In this document: piece by piece, positions 11,480 to 25,400 of the stretch | Layout of the letters: every line of letters starts with the position of its first letter | How positions within the stretch are numbered: the stretch's first letter is position 1 | Origin: Eledone cirrhosa | Lineage: Eukaryota | NCBI GenBank assembly: GCA_964016885.1 | Contig: OZ024740.1 | Span: 386,384,001-386,448,000, forward strand | Length of the DNA: 64,000 bases | Direction: 5' to 3' | Made by a program: the position numbers and the translations under genes | The notes under the pieces: generated by a model | Database searches by the model: none | The model's input: the letters and a program-made list of their open reading frames with translations, nothing else | Told to the model about the DNA's origin: nothing

Positions 11480-12235
11480 CATCATCCTCGTCATTTAACA
11501 TCCAACTTCATGGGTAGACTTAGGGAGAAAACAGGTCAGAAGACCATGTTTAGTGCACCCTGGCCAGATTTTAGCTTGGTTTCTACAGCTGAGTGCCCTT
11601 TTTACCGTCAACAATATTTAATGAGTGTGCTGGATGTTTTTTGTCGTGTCACCTACATGATCACATTACAGTGTGGACTGGGCACTTTTTGTTGTGACAC
11701 CTACACAACCACTTTACAGTGTGGACTGGGCACTTTTTGCTGTGAGAGCGACACAACCACATTAGAGTGGGGACTGGGCACTTTTGTCTTGGAATTAGGG
11801 AGGAGCAGGTAGCTTGAGGAAATTGCGGACATAGGTAATAGGGAAGCGATGATTACCACAAAGGGAGGTGAATGTGAGGGGACAATGTTGAGGAAGGTGC
11901 TGCCTACTAGGTATAAGCCTCAGCCAGAGAATAATACTGCATAGAGGTCGCAGTCCTGAGTCATTGCTTTAGAGAGGTGTAATTGTGCAAGGTCAACTTT
12001 TATTACTTCATCCCAAGTCTTCCTTGGCCTGCCCACTCCATGGCTACCATGAACTTTGAGCACTCTGCACCTTTTTATACAGCTGTCATCCTTCATATGC
12101 ATCACATGTTGATACCAACTCAATCACCTCTCATGCACGTAAACACTGATCCCTCTTATGCCTAATTTCTCGTGCAGTACATTTATTCTTTGTTGTTCAC
12201 ATATATTACTATTGCACATCCAGTGAAGCATGGAG
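11480..12235 (-). mobile_element. RTE LINE 3' end (same family as 6845-8205)
   Basis: WYQHVMHMKDDSCIKRC...GRPRKTWDEVIK in ORF 11920-12123, followed by about 47-bp 3' UTR repeats (11630-11790) and a (GAT)n tail. Confidence 0.85.
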
Positions 12236-12259
12236 GCAGTTTGTTGGATTTCTGTAGTT

Positions 12260-13760
12260 GCAGTCAATATAGGATGTATGTGTTGTGTATGTGTCCATCG
12301 GAATGGTTAAACTCCAGGTCAGATGAATTAAATTGGGCCTGTTACTAAGTCCTATGCTATTTCTTTCTAGGGCTGTAAAGTTATCTGCAGATTAAGTTTT
12401 GATTTTGTTTCTGTTCTAATTTGCTGTTAGTAATTTTAGCTATGTTTGGCAATAGGTTTTTTTTTGTGGTAAAGTAAAATAGCTTAATGGCATAAGTGTT
12501 AAAATTCTGCTGTATTTATGGGATATAGGAAAACATTTGTTGAGTGTGCTAAAGAAAAGCTGGGTTATACCATAAGATATTGCATGAGTGGGTTTTGTTG
12601 TGTTGCTGTCGTATGTCATTATGTGTTATCTTACTAGTGGATGGGTGGGTGGGGTCATTATGGTGTGCAAATGCTCTAGATGCTGTGTTTAATCTTGTGT
12701 TGCAACTAGTGGTAGTGGGGTTATTGCAGCCAGAAATTACTATGTCTAGACTTGAACCTGCATTTAGACTAGAGGCAATGGGGTCTTTGTATTTGGAAAT
12801 TGTTGTGCTAGTGCTGTCTGCACTGTGTTTGCGTGTGTTGTCCAGGGATGTATTTCCTAGTGGTGTGTCTATGCTAGTGGCTGGTCCTTGATCTACCCTA
12901 ACAACAGTGTTCATGTTTGAATGTGTGGTTGGTGCACTGTATGCTCTGGGTCTGGGCCTTTATTGGTATGTGTAGTCTATTTTGGTTATCTGGGTTTTGT
13001 CCCTAGGTTTTTTTGCTTTCCAGGAGGGTTACCATGTTCCTATTTTTATTCTTCCTATTGTTAGAGAGGCAGATTTTATTACTGTCATTATACTCTATCC
13101 TACTAACTCCCTATATGTCAAGAGGTTCAATATTGTTGCTACATGGATTGTTGGTACCTATGTCTATGTCATCTGTGGTATTTTTGTTTGTGTTAGGAGC
13201 TGGTGGTTGATGTGTGCAGTGTTTGTCAGTTATAGAGTAGTTCACTTAGCCATTACCTTAGTACCTATACATATGCATAGGTTCTATATCACAAGCAGGG
13301 GGATTTTCTACATGTTGGTGTGGATCTTATTTTCTCCCTATATCCTGCTCTAACTAGTGTGTCATTATAGTAGTTTGCCTTGATTTCGAAAATATCACTA
13401 TTTGAGGACAGCATAGAAATTTTCAAAGATACACTGTTAACTATAGTTAAAGTTACTGCCATAGGTTGGTTAGAGTTATAGTTAACATAATTAAGATTTT
13501 CATTTAATTTATGGTATGGGTAGAAAATGCCAGAGTTGAGGTTGAAGGTGATATCAAGGAAGTTTACAATTTTTCTGTTATTTCTGATTTCTATTTTTAA
13601 GGAATTTGATTGTCATTCTTTTTTCCTATCAAGGGCACTGTTATCTTGTTTTATGAAGGTCCAAAATGCATCAACACAGTACAAACCACCACCCAGTTCC
13701 AGGATCCTGCACTTAATTTAGTGGAGAATGTATAAGCCAATGGGGTCTGTTGCCTTGGCT
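12260..13760 (-). mobile_element. Probable decayed LINE 5' region (ORF1-like, low complexity)
   Basis: A/C-rich minus strand with Thr/Ser/Asn-rich reading (12549-12914); composition resembles 52640-53760. No firm motif. Confidence 0.35.
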
Positions 13761-13764
13761 GATA

Positions 13765-13814
<50 letters not shown>

Positions 13815-14419
13815 ACAAAGGTGAGAAAAAGTACTCAATACTGTAGTAGAGTTTAAATATTAATTTAATAACTTAGAGGAGAGTCTTGTTACTGTGCACT
13901 TGCAGGATCATCAGCCATATTGATTTTCCTCCCTTGAGTTGAGTTCAAACTGAATAAAAGAAAAATAAGAGTTTTTAAACACCAGGTGGCTATAGGGCTC
14001 CACCAGAGTAAAATAGGAATGAAAATGGTACATATGTAAAAAAAAGGTTGAGAACTACAGGTCTAATCAAAGCAAGACTGAAAAGCAGTCATTTTCCAAT
14101 TACTATTGATATTAGGGGGAGATATTCATGCTTTTCAGGGCATTGCTGGAGGGCTAAGCAAGAACTCATTATGGAAACCAAGACATGGATATACATGGGT
14201 TGGCCATCCAGCAAAATTGTTGTTGATCAATTCTGTATGGACAGAATATGTTACCCTTCTGACCTCTGGAGCACTATCGGGATCAAGTCAAACAAATCCA
14301 AGCAGGCTTGACCAAATGATGATATTGGTTAAATTAAGAGTATCATCCAGGAAGTTAATTATTTTAAAGATAGTTATGTCTAATATGTAATCACTTATAT
14401 AACTATATATTAATTTATA

Positions 14420-14575
14420 ATTCAGTATTTGACTGGCACTTTATTTTATTGAACCTGGAAGGATGAAAGGCAATGTTGACCTCAGTAAGATTTGAACTTA
14501 GAATGTAAAGAGTCAGAACAAATACTACAATGACATTTTATCCAACACTCTACTGATTCTGCCAATCCTCTACCC
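14420..14575 (-). mobile_element. Old copy of the Deu/Nin-like SINE
   Basis: CTTTATTTTATTGAACCTGGAAGGATGAAAGGCAATGTTGACCTCAGTAAGATTTGAAC is the reverse complement of the family core. Confidence 0.75.
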
Positions 14576-15055
14576 TTTACATAACTATATATTACAAATC
14601 AAATGAGTCAGAATAATATAAATTTAAAAACAGACTTTACCTACTTTCCCCACAATCAGCCATCTCCTACTGCTATTGTTCACAATGATCTCATAAAAAC
14701 AACTTAATGACTGACCTTGCAGCTCAAGTAATAGTATAGAACATACCATACATTTTCTTTCGCACCCATGACTTCAACACAACACATTTGATTTGTCCTT
14801 TTCATATCTGCTTGCTATACAGAGAATTTTCTCCTTTTAACCTAGGTATTCCCTAATATATCGCATCTAACTTTCTTTTTGTTTTTCTCACTATTCTATA
14901 TTTAACTTTTATATTTCCCGAAGTTACCTTTTGTGTTTCGAGAAATAACACAAAGAAGGAAATGTCATTCAATACTTTTGTTAGTTACAAGAAAATTATT
15001 TATAACTTCAGAAATGGGTGTGTCCAGCCACAAGTTCCTCATTGTTTAACACATA

Positions 15056-15680
15056 CAAGGTTTGTCCCAAAAGTAAGTGTACTGATGTTTTATGTAAATG
15101 TATATTAGGTGTACATGAAATTACAAGTTATTTCCTTCAAAATAGGACCCCTGGGAAGTCACACAGTGGTTCCACTATTTTTTCCATTGATCATTACCGT
15201 GTCCATTACAATTTTATAATGTTTTCCACAGTCCCAAAACGGTGAGTCTTCAAGTTCAATTTCAACTTAGGGAAGAAATAGAAATCACTCGAAGATAGAT
15301 GTGGGCTGTAGCGATGATGTGAAAGAGTAGGAATGTTTTACTTCACCAGAAATTCTTTAATTGAAAGTGCTGTGTGAGCAGGTACGTTACTGTGGTGCAG
15401 TACCTAATCTCCTCCAATCTCCTTTCAGACTTGCTGGACCCGTTTTCGAAGTCATTCCAAGATATCTTTGTTGAAGGTGAAATTAACTGTCAGTCCTGAA
15501 GGTAAAAATTCTTTGTGAAAAATACTATGGTTGTCGAAAAAAAGGATAATCATCATTTTCACCTTGAATGAGCTTTCTTGAGACAAGGAGAATATTTCAT
15601 GTGACACTCCTCACTGCCATTTTGTCTCTGGATCATACTTGAACACCCATGATTCATCTCCTGTTATTACTTTTACCGAG
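15056..15680 (-). mobile_element. Mariner transposase pseudogene fragment with one TIR
   Basis: TA+CAAGGTTTGTCCCAAAAGTAAG terminus; minus-strand VITGDESWVFKYDPETK (about 15620-15670) and C-terminal QWKK*WNHCVTSQGSYFEG (about 15135-15190). Confidence 0.85.
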
Positions 15681-15685
15681 AAATA

Positions 15686-16013
15686 TGTTTTGAAGAATGA
15701 AAATAAAACAAAAGGCGAAGATTGGTGCTTTATTAGTTCATTGTTTTAAGATCGTTTCAGAATGTTGATTGTTCATGATAAATCGATACATTGACTAATC
15801 GATAGTGGTTATGTCATCACATATTACTAGTCTTGATATTCTAGATCCATCTCACCGTCTTCCTCAGAAACAATGAATGTGGTGACATAACCACTATGAA
15901 TAAGTCAATATATTGATTTACCATCATCAATCAACCTTTTGAAACGATCGTAAAACAATGAACTGATTAAGCTCCAATGTTTGCTTTTTGTTTCATTTTC
16001 ATTGTTCAAAACA
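15686..16013. repeat. Foldback element: about 140-bp imperfect inverted arms with about 50-bp spacer
   Basis: TGTTTTGAAGAATGAAAAT...ATAGTGGTTATGTCATCACAT pairs with ATGTGGTGACATAACCACTAT...ATTTTCATTGTTCAAAACA. Confidence 0.85.
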
Positions 16014-16329
16014 CACACACACACACACACATATGACTCTGTAGCTTGTTTAGAACATACAAAGGAATATTATATGATGAAGCCTACTACAATAACAATA
16101 ACGTTCATCACCTGATCTCATTGGAATTATTTCTTCAAGACTACATGGAGTTCTAACAACATTATAGGCCTCACCATAAACAAGTTGATATTAGTACAAA
16201 CATATATATATATATATTAAAAGAAGAAATGTCTGTGTAGTTATTTATTTATTCATTTATTTATTTAATCAATTTAAACATCTGTATAGAGTTGGTAAGC
16301 CATGAGAGACTGGGAAAGGTATTTAATGC

Positions 16330-16487
16330 TTCTTATTAAACAAAAGTGAGAGAAGGGGGGAGGGGAGAATAGAATGAAAATTAAAGGAGGCAAAAAACAA
16401 AAGAAGCAAGGTAAGAAAAGGGTGAAAAACAAGGACAGCTGTATAGCAACTAAAAGTTTCTGTTTTCATACTCTCCATGTACTAGAA
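16330..16487 (-). mobile_element. 3' extremity of the I-group LINE, separated from its body by the hAT/satellite insertion
   Basis: GGTGAAAAACAAGGACAGC...AAAGTTTCTGTT...CCATGTACTAGAA aligns with the uninterrupted copy at 1476-1548. Confidence 0.75.
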
Positions 16488-19400
16488 CAGGGGTTGGCAA
16501 CCTTTTGAAGTGTGTGGGCCACATAGCTATGGAGTGTCTCGTCAGTGGGCCACATTGCTATGGAGTGTCTTCTCAGTGGGCCACATAGCTATGGAGTGTC
16601 TTGTCAGTGGGCCACATTGCTATGGAGTGTCTTGTCAGTGGGCCACATTGCTATGGAGTGTCTTGTCAGTGGGCCACATTGCTACGGAGTGTCTCGTCAG
16701 TGGGCCACATTGCTATGGAGTGTCTTGTCAGTGGGCCACATTGCTATGGAGTGTCTTGTCAGTGGGCCACATTGCTATGGAGTGCCTCGTCAGTGGGCCA
16801 CATAGCTTTGGAGTGTCTTGTCAGTGGGCCACATTGCTAAGGAGTGTCTTGTCAGTGGGCCACATTGCTATGGAGTGTCTCGTCAGTGGGCCACATAGCA
16901 ATGGAGTGTCTTGTCAGTGGGCCACATTGCTATGGAGTGTCTTGTCAGTGGGCCACATTGCTATGTAGTGTCTTGTCAGTGGGCCACATTGCTATGGAGT
17001 GTCTTGTCAGTGGGCCACATAGCTATGGAGTGTCTTGTCAGTGGGCCACATAGCTATGGAGTGTCTTGTCAGTGGGCCACGTAGCTATGGAGTGTCTCGT
17101 CAGTGAGCCACATTGCTATGGAGTGTCTTGTCAGTGGGCCACATTGCTATGGAGTGTCTTGTCAGTGGGCCACATTGCTATGGAGTGTCTTGTCAGTGGG
17201 CCACATTGCTATGGAGTGTCTTGTCAGTGGGCCACATTGCCGTGGAGTGTCTTGTCAGTGGGCCACATTGCTGTGGAGTGTCTTGTCAGTGGGCCACATA
17301 GCTATGGAGTGTCTTGTCAGTGGGCCACATTGCTATGGAGTGTCTCGTCAGTGGGCCACATTGCTATGGAGTGTCTTGTCAGTGGGCCACATTGCTATGT
17401 AGTGTCTTGTCAGTGGGCCACATTGCTATGGAGTGTCTTGTCAGTGGGCCACATTGCTATGGAGTGTCTTGTCAGTGGGCCACATTGCTATGGAGTGTCT
17501 CGTCAGTGGGCCACATAGCAATGGAGTGTCTTGTCAGTGGGCCACATTGCTATGGAGTGTCTTGTCAGTGGGCCACATTGCTATGTAGTGTCTTGTCAGT
17601 GGGCCACATTGCTATGGAGTGTCTTGTCAGTGGGCCACATAGCTATGGAGTGTCTTGTCAGTGGGCCACATTGCTATGGAGTGTCTTGTCAGTGGGCCAC
17701 ATAGCAATGGAGTGTCTCGTTAGTGGGCCACATAGCAATGGAGTGTCTTGTCAGTGGGCCACATTGCTATGGAGTGTCTCGTCAGTGGGCCACATTGCTG
17801 TGGAGTGTCTTGTCAGTGGGCCACATTGCTATGGAGTGTCTTGTCAGTGGGCCACATAGCTATGGAGTGTCTTGTCAGTGGGCCACATTGCTATGGAGTG
17901 TCTTGTCAGTGGGCCACATTGCTATGGAGTGTCTTGTCAGTGGGCCACATTGCTATGGAGTGTCTTGTCAGTGGGCCACATTGCTATGGAGTGTCTCGTC
18001 AGTGGGCCACATAGCAATGGAGTGTCTTGTCAGTGGGCCACATTGCTATGGAGTGTCTTGTCAGTGGGCCACATTGCTATGTAGTGTCTTGTCAGTGGGC
18101 CACATTGCTATGGAGTGTCTTGTCAGTGGGCCACATAGCTATGGAGTGTCTTGTCAGTGGGCCACATTGCTATGGAGTGTCTTGTCAGTGGGCCACATAG
18201 CAATGGAGTGTCTCGTTAGTGGGCCACATAGCAATGGAGTGTCTTGTCAGTGGGCCACATTGCTATGGAGTGTCTCGTCAGTGGGCCACATTGCTGTGGA
18301 GTGTCTTGTCAGTGGGCCACATTGCTATGGAGTGTCTTGTCAGTGGGCCACATAGCTATGGAGTGTCTTGTCAGTGGGCCACATTGCTATGGAGTGTCTT
18401 GTCAGTGGGCCACATTGCTATGGAGTGTCTTGTCAGTGGGCCACATTGCTGTGGAGTGTCTTGTCAGTGGGCCACATTGCTATGGAGTGTCTTGTCAGTG
18501 GGCCACATTGCTGTGGAGTGTCTTGTCAGTGGGCCACATTGCTATGGAGTGTCTTGTCAGTGGGCCACATTGCTATGGAGTGTCTTGTCAGTGGGCCACA
18601 TTGCTGTGGAGTGTCTTGTCAGTGGGACACATTGCTATGGAGTGTCTTGTCAGTGGGCCACATTGCTGTGGAGTGTCTTGTCAGTGGGCCACATTGCTAT
18701 GGAGTGTCTTGTCAGTGGGCCACATTGCTGTGGAGTGTCTTGTCATTGGGCCACATTGCTGTGGAGTGTCTTGTCAGTGGTCCACATTGCTATGGAGTGT
18801 CTTGTCAGTGGGCTACATAGCTATGGAGTGTCTTGTCAGTGGGCCACATTGCCATGGAGTGTCTTGTCAGTGGGTCACATTGCTATGGAGTGTCTTGTCA
18901 GTCGGCCACATTGCTATGGAGTGTCTTGTCAGTGGGTCACATTGCTATGGAGTGTCTTGTCAGTGGGCCACATAGCAATGGAGCGTCTTGTCAGTGGGCC
19001 ACATAGCAATGGAGTGTCTTGTCATTGGGCCACATAGCTATGGAGTGTCTTGTCAGTGGGCCACATTGCTATGGAGTGTCTTGTCAGTGGGCCACATTGC
19101 TGTGGAGTGTCTTGTCAGTGGGCCACATTGCTATGGAGTGTCTTGTCAGTGGGCCACATAGCAATGGAGTGTCTTGTCAGTGGGCCACATTGCTATGGAG
19201 TGTCTTGTCAGTGGGCCACATAGCAATGGAGCGTCTTGTCAGTGGGCCACATTGCTATGGAGTGTCTTGTCAGTGGGCCACATTGGTATGGAGTGTCTTG
19301 TCAGTGGGCCACATTGCTATGGAGTGTCTTGTCAGTGGGCCACATTGCTATGCAGTGTCTTGTCAGTGGGCGACATAGCTATGGAGTGTCTTGTCAGTGG

Positions 19401-22400
19401 TCCACATAGCTATGGAGTGTCTTGTCAGTGGGCCACATTGCTATGGAGTGTCTTGTCAGTGGGCCACATTGCTGTGGAGTGTCTTGTCAGTGGGCCACAT
19501 TGCTTATGGAGTGTCTTGTCAGTGGGCCACATAGCTATGGAGTGTCTTGTCAGTGGGCCACATTGCTATGGAGTGTCTTGTCAGTGGGCCACATTGCTAT
19601 GGAGTGTCTTGTCAGTGGGCCACATTGCTATGTAGTTTCTTGTCAGTGGTCCACATAGCAATGGAGTGTCTTGTCAGTGGGCCACATAGCAATGGAGCGT
19701 CTTGTCATTGGGCCACATAGCTATGGAGTGTCTTGTCAGTGGGCCACATTGGTATGGAGTGTCTCGTCAGTGGGCCACATAGCTGTGGAGTGTCTTGTCA
19801 GTGGGCCACATTGCTATGGAGTGTCTTGTCAGTGGGCCACATTGGTATGGAGTGTCTTGTCAGTGGGTCACATTGCTATGGAGTGTCTTGTCAGTGGGCC
19901 ACATTGCTATGCAGTGTCTTGTCAGTGGGCGACATAGCTATGGAGTGTCTTGTCAGTGGGCCACATAGCTATGGAGTGTCTCGTCAGTGGGCCACATTGC
20001 TATGGAGTGTCTTGTCAGCGGGCCACATTGCTATGGAGTGTCTTGTCAGTGGGCCACATTGCTATGGAGTGTCTCGTTAGTGGGCCACATAGCAATGGAG
20101 TGTCTTGTCAGTGGGCCACATTGCTATGGAGTGTCTCGTCAGTGGGCCACATTGCTGTGGAGTGTCTTGTCAGTGGGCCACATTGCTATGTAGTGTCTTG
20201 TCAGTGGGCCACATTGCTATGGAGTGTCTTGTCAGTGGGCCACATAGCTATGGAGTGTCTTGTCAGTGGGCCACATTGCTATGGAGTGTCTTGTCAGTGG
20301 GCCACATTGCTATGGAGTGTCTTGTCAGTGGGCCACATTGCTATGGAGTGTCTTGTCAGTGGGCCACATTGCTGTGGAGTGTCTTGTCAGTGGGCCACAT
20401 TGCTATGGAGTGTCTTGTCAGTGGGCCACATTGCTGTGGAGTGTCTTGTCAGTGGGCCACATTGCTATGGAGTGTCTTGTCAGTGGGCCACATTGCTATG
20501 GAGTGTCTTGTCAGTGGGCCACATTGCTGTGGAGTGTCTTGTCAGTGAGCCACATTGCTATGGAGTGTCTTGTCAGTGGGCCACATTGCTGTGGAGTGTC
20601 TTGTCAGTGGGCCACAGTGCTATGGAGTGTCTTGTCAGTGGGCCACATTGCTATGGAGTGTCTTGTCAGTGGGCCACATTGCTGTGGAGTGTCTTGTCAG
20701 TGGGCCACATTGCTATGGAGTGTCTTGTCAGTGGGCTACATAGCTATGGAGTGTCTTCTCAGTGGGCCACATTGCCATGGAGTGTCTTGTCAGTGGGTCA
20801 CATTGCTATGGAGTGTCTTGTCAGTGGGCCACATTGCTATGGAGTGTCTTGTCAGTGGGTCACATTGCTATGGAGTGTCTTGTCAGTGGGCCACATAGCT
20901 ATGGAGTGTCTTGTCAGTGGGCCACATTGCTGTGGAGTGTCTTGTCAGTGGGCCACATTGCTATGGAGTGTCTTGTCAGTGGGCTACATAGCTATGGAGT
21001 GTCTTCTCAGTGGGCCACATTGCCATGGAGTGTCTTGTCAGTGGGTCACATTGCTATGGAGTGTCTTGTCAGTGGGCCACATTGCTATGGAGTGTCTTGT
21101 CAGTGGGTCACATTGCTATGGAGTGTCTTGTCAGTGGGCCACATAGCAATGGAGCGTCTTGTCAGTGGGCCACATAGCAATGGAGTGTCTTGTCATTGGG
21201 CCACATAGCTATGGAGTGTCTTGTCAGAGGGCCACGTTGCTATGGAGTGTCTTGTCAGTGGGCCACATTGCTGTGGAGTGTCTTGTCAGTGGGCCACATT
21301 GCTGTGGAGTGTCTTGTCAGTGGGCCACATTGGTATGGAGTGTCTTGTCAGTGGGCCACATTGCTATGGAGTGTCTTGTCAGTGGGCCACATAGCAATGG
21401 AGTGTCTTGTCAGTGGGCCACATTGCTATGTAGTTTCTTGTCAGTGGGCCACATAGCAATGGAGCGTCTTGTCAGTGGGCCACATTGCTATGGAGTGTCT
21501 TGTCAGTGGGCCACATTGGTATGGAGTGTCTTGTCAGTGGGCCACATTGCTATGGAGTGTCTTGTCATTGGGCCACATTGCTATGCAGTGTCTTGTCAGT
21601 GGGCGACATAGCTATGGAGTGTCTTGTCAGTGGTCCACATAGCTATGGAGTGTCTTGTCAGTGGGTCACATTGCTATGGAGTGTCTCGTCAGTGGGCCAC
21701 ATTGCTGTGGAGTGTCTTGTCAGGGGGCCACATAGCTATGGAGTGTCTTGTCAGTGGGCCACATTGCTGTGGAGTGTCTTGTCAGTGGGCCACATTGCTT
21801 ATGGAGTGTCTTGTCAGTGGGCCACATAGCTATGGAGTGTCTTGTCAGTGGGCCACATTGCTATTGAGTGTCTTGTCAGTGGGCCACATTGCTATGGAGT
21901 GTCTTGTCAGTGGGCCACATTGCTATGGAGTGTCTTGTCAGTGGGCCACATTGCTATGTAGTTTCTTGTCAGTGGTCCACATAGCAATGGAGTGTCTTGT
22001 CAGTGGGCCACATAGCAATGGAGCGTCTTGTCAGTGGGCCACATAGCTATGGAGTGTCTTGTCAGTGGGCCACATTGGTATGGAGTGTCTCGTCAGTGGG
22101 CCACATTGCTATGGAGTGTCTTGTCAGTGGGCCATATTGCTATGGAGTGTCTTGTCAGTGGGCCACATTGCTATGGAGTGTCTTGTCAGTGGGCCACATA
22201 GCTATGGAGTGTCTTGTCAGTGGGCCACATAGCTATGGAGTGTCTTGTCAGTGGGCCACATTGCTATGGAGTGTCTTGTCAGTGGGCCACATTGCTATGG
22301 AGTGTCTTGTCAGTGGGCCACATTGCTATGGAGTGTCGTGTCAGTGGGCCACATTGCTATGGAGTGTCTTGTCAGTGGGCCACATTGCTATGAAGTGTCT

Positions 22401-25400
22401 CGTCAGTGGGCCACATTGCTATGGAGTGTCTTGTCAGTGGGCCACATAGCTATGGAGTGTCTTGTCAGTGGGCCACATTGCTATGGAGTGTCTCATCAGT
22501 GGGCCACATTGCTATGGAGTGTCTTGTCAGTGGGCCACATAGCTATGGAGTGTCTTGTCAGTGGGCCACATAGCTATGGAGTGTCTTGTCAGTGGGCCAC
22601 ATTGCTATGGAGTGTCTTGTCAGTGGGCCACATTGCTATGGAGTGTCTTGTCAGTGGGCCACATTGCTATGGAGTGTCTTGTTAGTGGGCCACATTGCTA
22701 TGGAGTGTCTTGTCAGTGGGCCACATTGCTATGGAGTGTCTTGTCAGTGGGCCACATTGCTATGGAGTGTCTTGTCAGTGGGCCACATTGCTATGGAGTG
22801 TCTTGTCAGTGGGCCACATAGCTATGGAGTGTCTTGTCAGTGGGCCACATTGCTATGGAGTGTCTTGTCAGTGGGCCACATAGCTATGGAGTGTCATGTC
22901 AGTGGGCCACATTGCTATGCAGTGTCTTGTCAGTGGGCCACATTGATATGGAGTGTCTTGTCAGTGGGCCACATAGCTATGGAGTGTCTCGTCAGTGGGC
23001 CACATTGCTATGGAGTGTCTTGTCAGTGGGCCACATAGCAATGGAGCGTCTTGTCAGTGGGCCACATAGCAATGGAGTGTCTTGTCAGTGGGCCACATAG
23101 CTATGGAGTGTCTTGTCAGTGGGCCACATTGCTATGGAGTGTCTTGTCAGTGGGCCACATTGCTATGGAGTGTCTTGTCAGTGGGCCACGTAGCTATGCA
23201 GTGTCTTGTCAGTGGGTCACATTGCTATGGAGTGTCTTGTCAGTGGGCCACATTGCTATGGAGTGTCTTGTCAGTGGGCCACATTGCTGTGGAGTGTCTT
23301 GAGAGTGGGCCACATAGCTATGGAGTGTCTTGTCAGTGGGCCACATTGCTATGGAGTGTCTTGTCAGTGGGTCACATTGCTATGGAGTGTCTTGTCAGTG
23401 GGCCACATTGCTATGGAGTGTCTTGTCAGTGGGCCACATTGCTATGGAGTGTCTTGTCAGTGGGCCACATTGCTGTGGAGTGTCTTGTCTTTGGGCCACA
23501 TTGCTATGGAGTGTCTTGTCAGTGGGCCACATTGCTATGGAGTGTCTTGTCAGTGGGCCACATTGCTATGGAGTGTCATGTCAGTGGGCCACATTGCTAT
23601 GGAGTGTCTTGTCAGTGGGCCACATTGCTATGGAGTGTCTTGTCAGTGGGCCACATTGCTATGGAGTGTCTTGTCAGTGGGCCACATTGCCGTGGAGTGT
23701 CTTGTCAGTGGGCCACATTGCTGTGGAGTGTCTTGTCAGTGGGCCACATAGCTATGGAGTGTCTTGTCAGTGGGCCACATTGCTATGGAGTGTCTCGTCA
23801 GTGGGCCACATTGCTATGGAGTGTCTCGTCAGTGGGCCACATTGCTATGGAGTGTCTTTTCAGTGGGCCACATAGCTATGGAGTGTCTTGTCAGTGGGCC
23901 ACATTGCTATGGAGTGTCTTGTCAGTGGGCCACATTGCTGTGGAGTGTCTTGTCAGTGGGCCACATTGCTATGGAGTGTCTTGTCAGTGGGCCACATTGC
24001 TGTGGAGTGTCTTGTCAGTGGGCCACATTGCTATGGAGTGTCTTGTCAGTGGGCCACATAGCAATGGAGTGTCTTGTCAGTGGGCCACATAGCTATGGAG
24101 TGTCTTGTCAGTGGGCCACATTGCTATGGAGTGTCTTGTCAGTGGGCCACATTGCTGTGGAGTGTCTTGTCAGTGGGCCACATTGCTATGGAGTGTCTTG
24201 TCAGTGGGCCACATTGCTATGGAGTGTCTTGTCAGTGGGCCACATTGCTATGGAGTGTCTTGTCAGTGGGCCACATTGCTATGGAGTGTCTTGTCAGTGG
24301 GCCACATTGCTGTGGAGTGTCTTGTCAGTGGGCCACATTGCTGTGGAGTGTCTTGTCAGTGGGCCACATTGCTATGGAGTGTCTTGTCAGTGGGCCACAT
24401 TGCTGTGGAGTGTCTTGTCAGTGGGCCACATTGCTATGGAGTGTCTTGTCAGTGGGCTACATAGCTATGGAGTGTCTTGTCAGTGGGCCACATTGCTATG
24501 GAGTGTCTTGTCAGTGGGTCACATTGCTATGGAGTGTCTTGTCAGTGGGCCACATTCTTATGGAGTGTCTTGTCAGTGGGTCACATTGCTATGGAGTGTC
24601 TTGTCAGTGGGTCACATTGCTATGGAGTGTCTAGTCAGTGGGCCACATTGCTATGGAGTGTCTTGTCAGTGGGCCACATTGCTACGGAGTGTCTTGTCAG
24701 TGGGCCACATTGCTATGGAGTGTCTTGTCAGTGGGCCACATTGCTGTGGAGTGTCCTGTCAGTGGGCCACATAGCTATGGAGTGTCTTGTCAGTGGGCCA
24801 CATGGCTGTGGAGTGTCTTGTCAGTGGGCCACATAGCTATGGAGTGTCTTGTCAGTGGGCCACATTGCTGTGGAGTGTCTTGTCAGTGGGCCACATTGCT
24901 ATGGAGTGTCTTGTCAGTGGGCCACATTGCTATGGAGTGTCTTGTCAGTGGGCCACATAGCAATGGAGCGTCTTGTCAGTGGGCCACATAGCAATGGAGT
25001 GTCTTGTCATTGGGCCACATAGCTATGGAGTGTCTTGTCAGTGGGCCACATTGCTATGGAGTGTCTTGTCAGTGGGCCACATTGCTGTGGAGTGTCTTGT
25101 CAGTGGGCCACATTGCTATGGAGTGTCTTGTCAGTGGGCCACATAGCAATGGAGTGTCTTGTCAGTGGGCCACATTGCTATATAGTTTCTTGTCAGTGGG
25201 CCACATAGCAATGGAGCGTCTTGTCAGTGGGCCACATTGCTATGGAGTGTCTTGTCAGTGGGCCACATTGGTATGGAGTGTCTTGTCAGTGGGCCACATT
25301 GCTATGGAGTGTCTTGTCAGTGGGCCACATTGCTATGTAGTGTCTTGTCAGTGGGCGACATAGCTATGGAGTGTCTTGTCAGTGGTCCACATAGCTATGG

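Noticed and set aside
11209-11812. ORFs rich in Y/I/M/H
   Set aside because: These are translations of (TA)n, (TACA)n and (GAT)n tracts.
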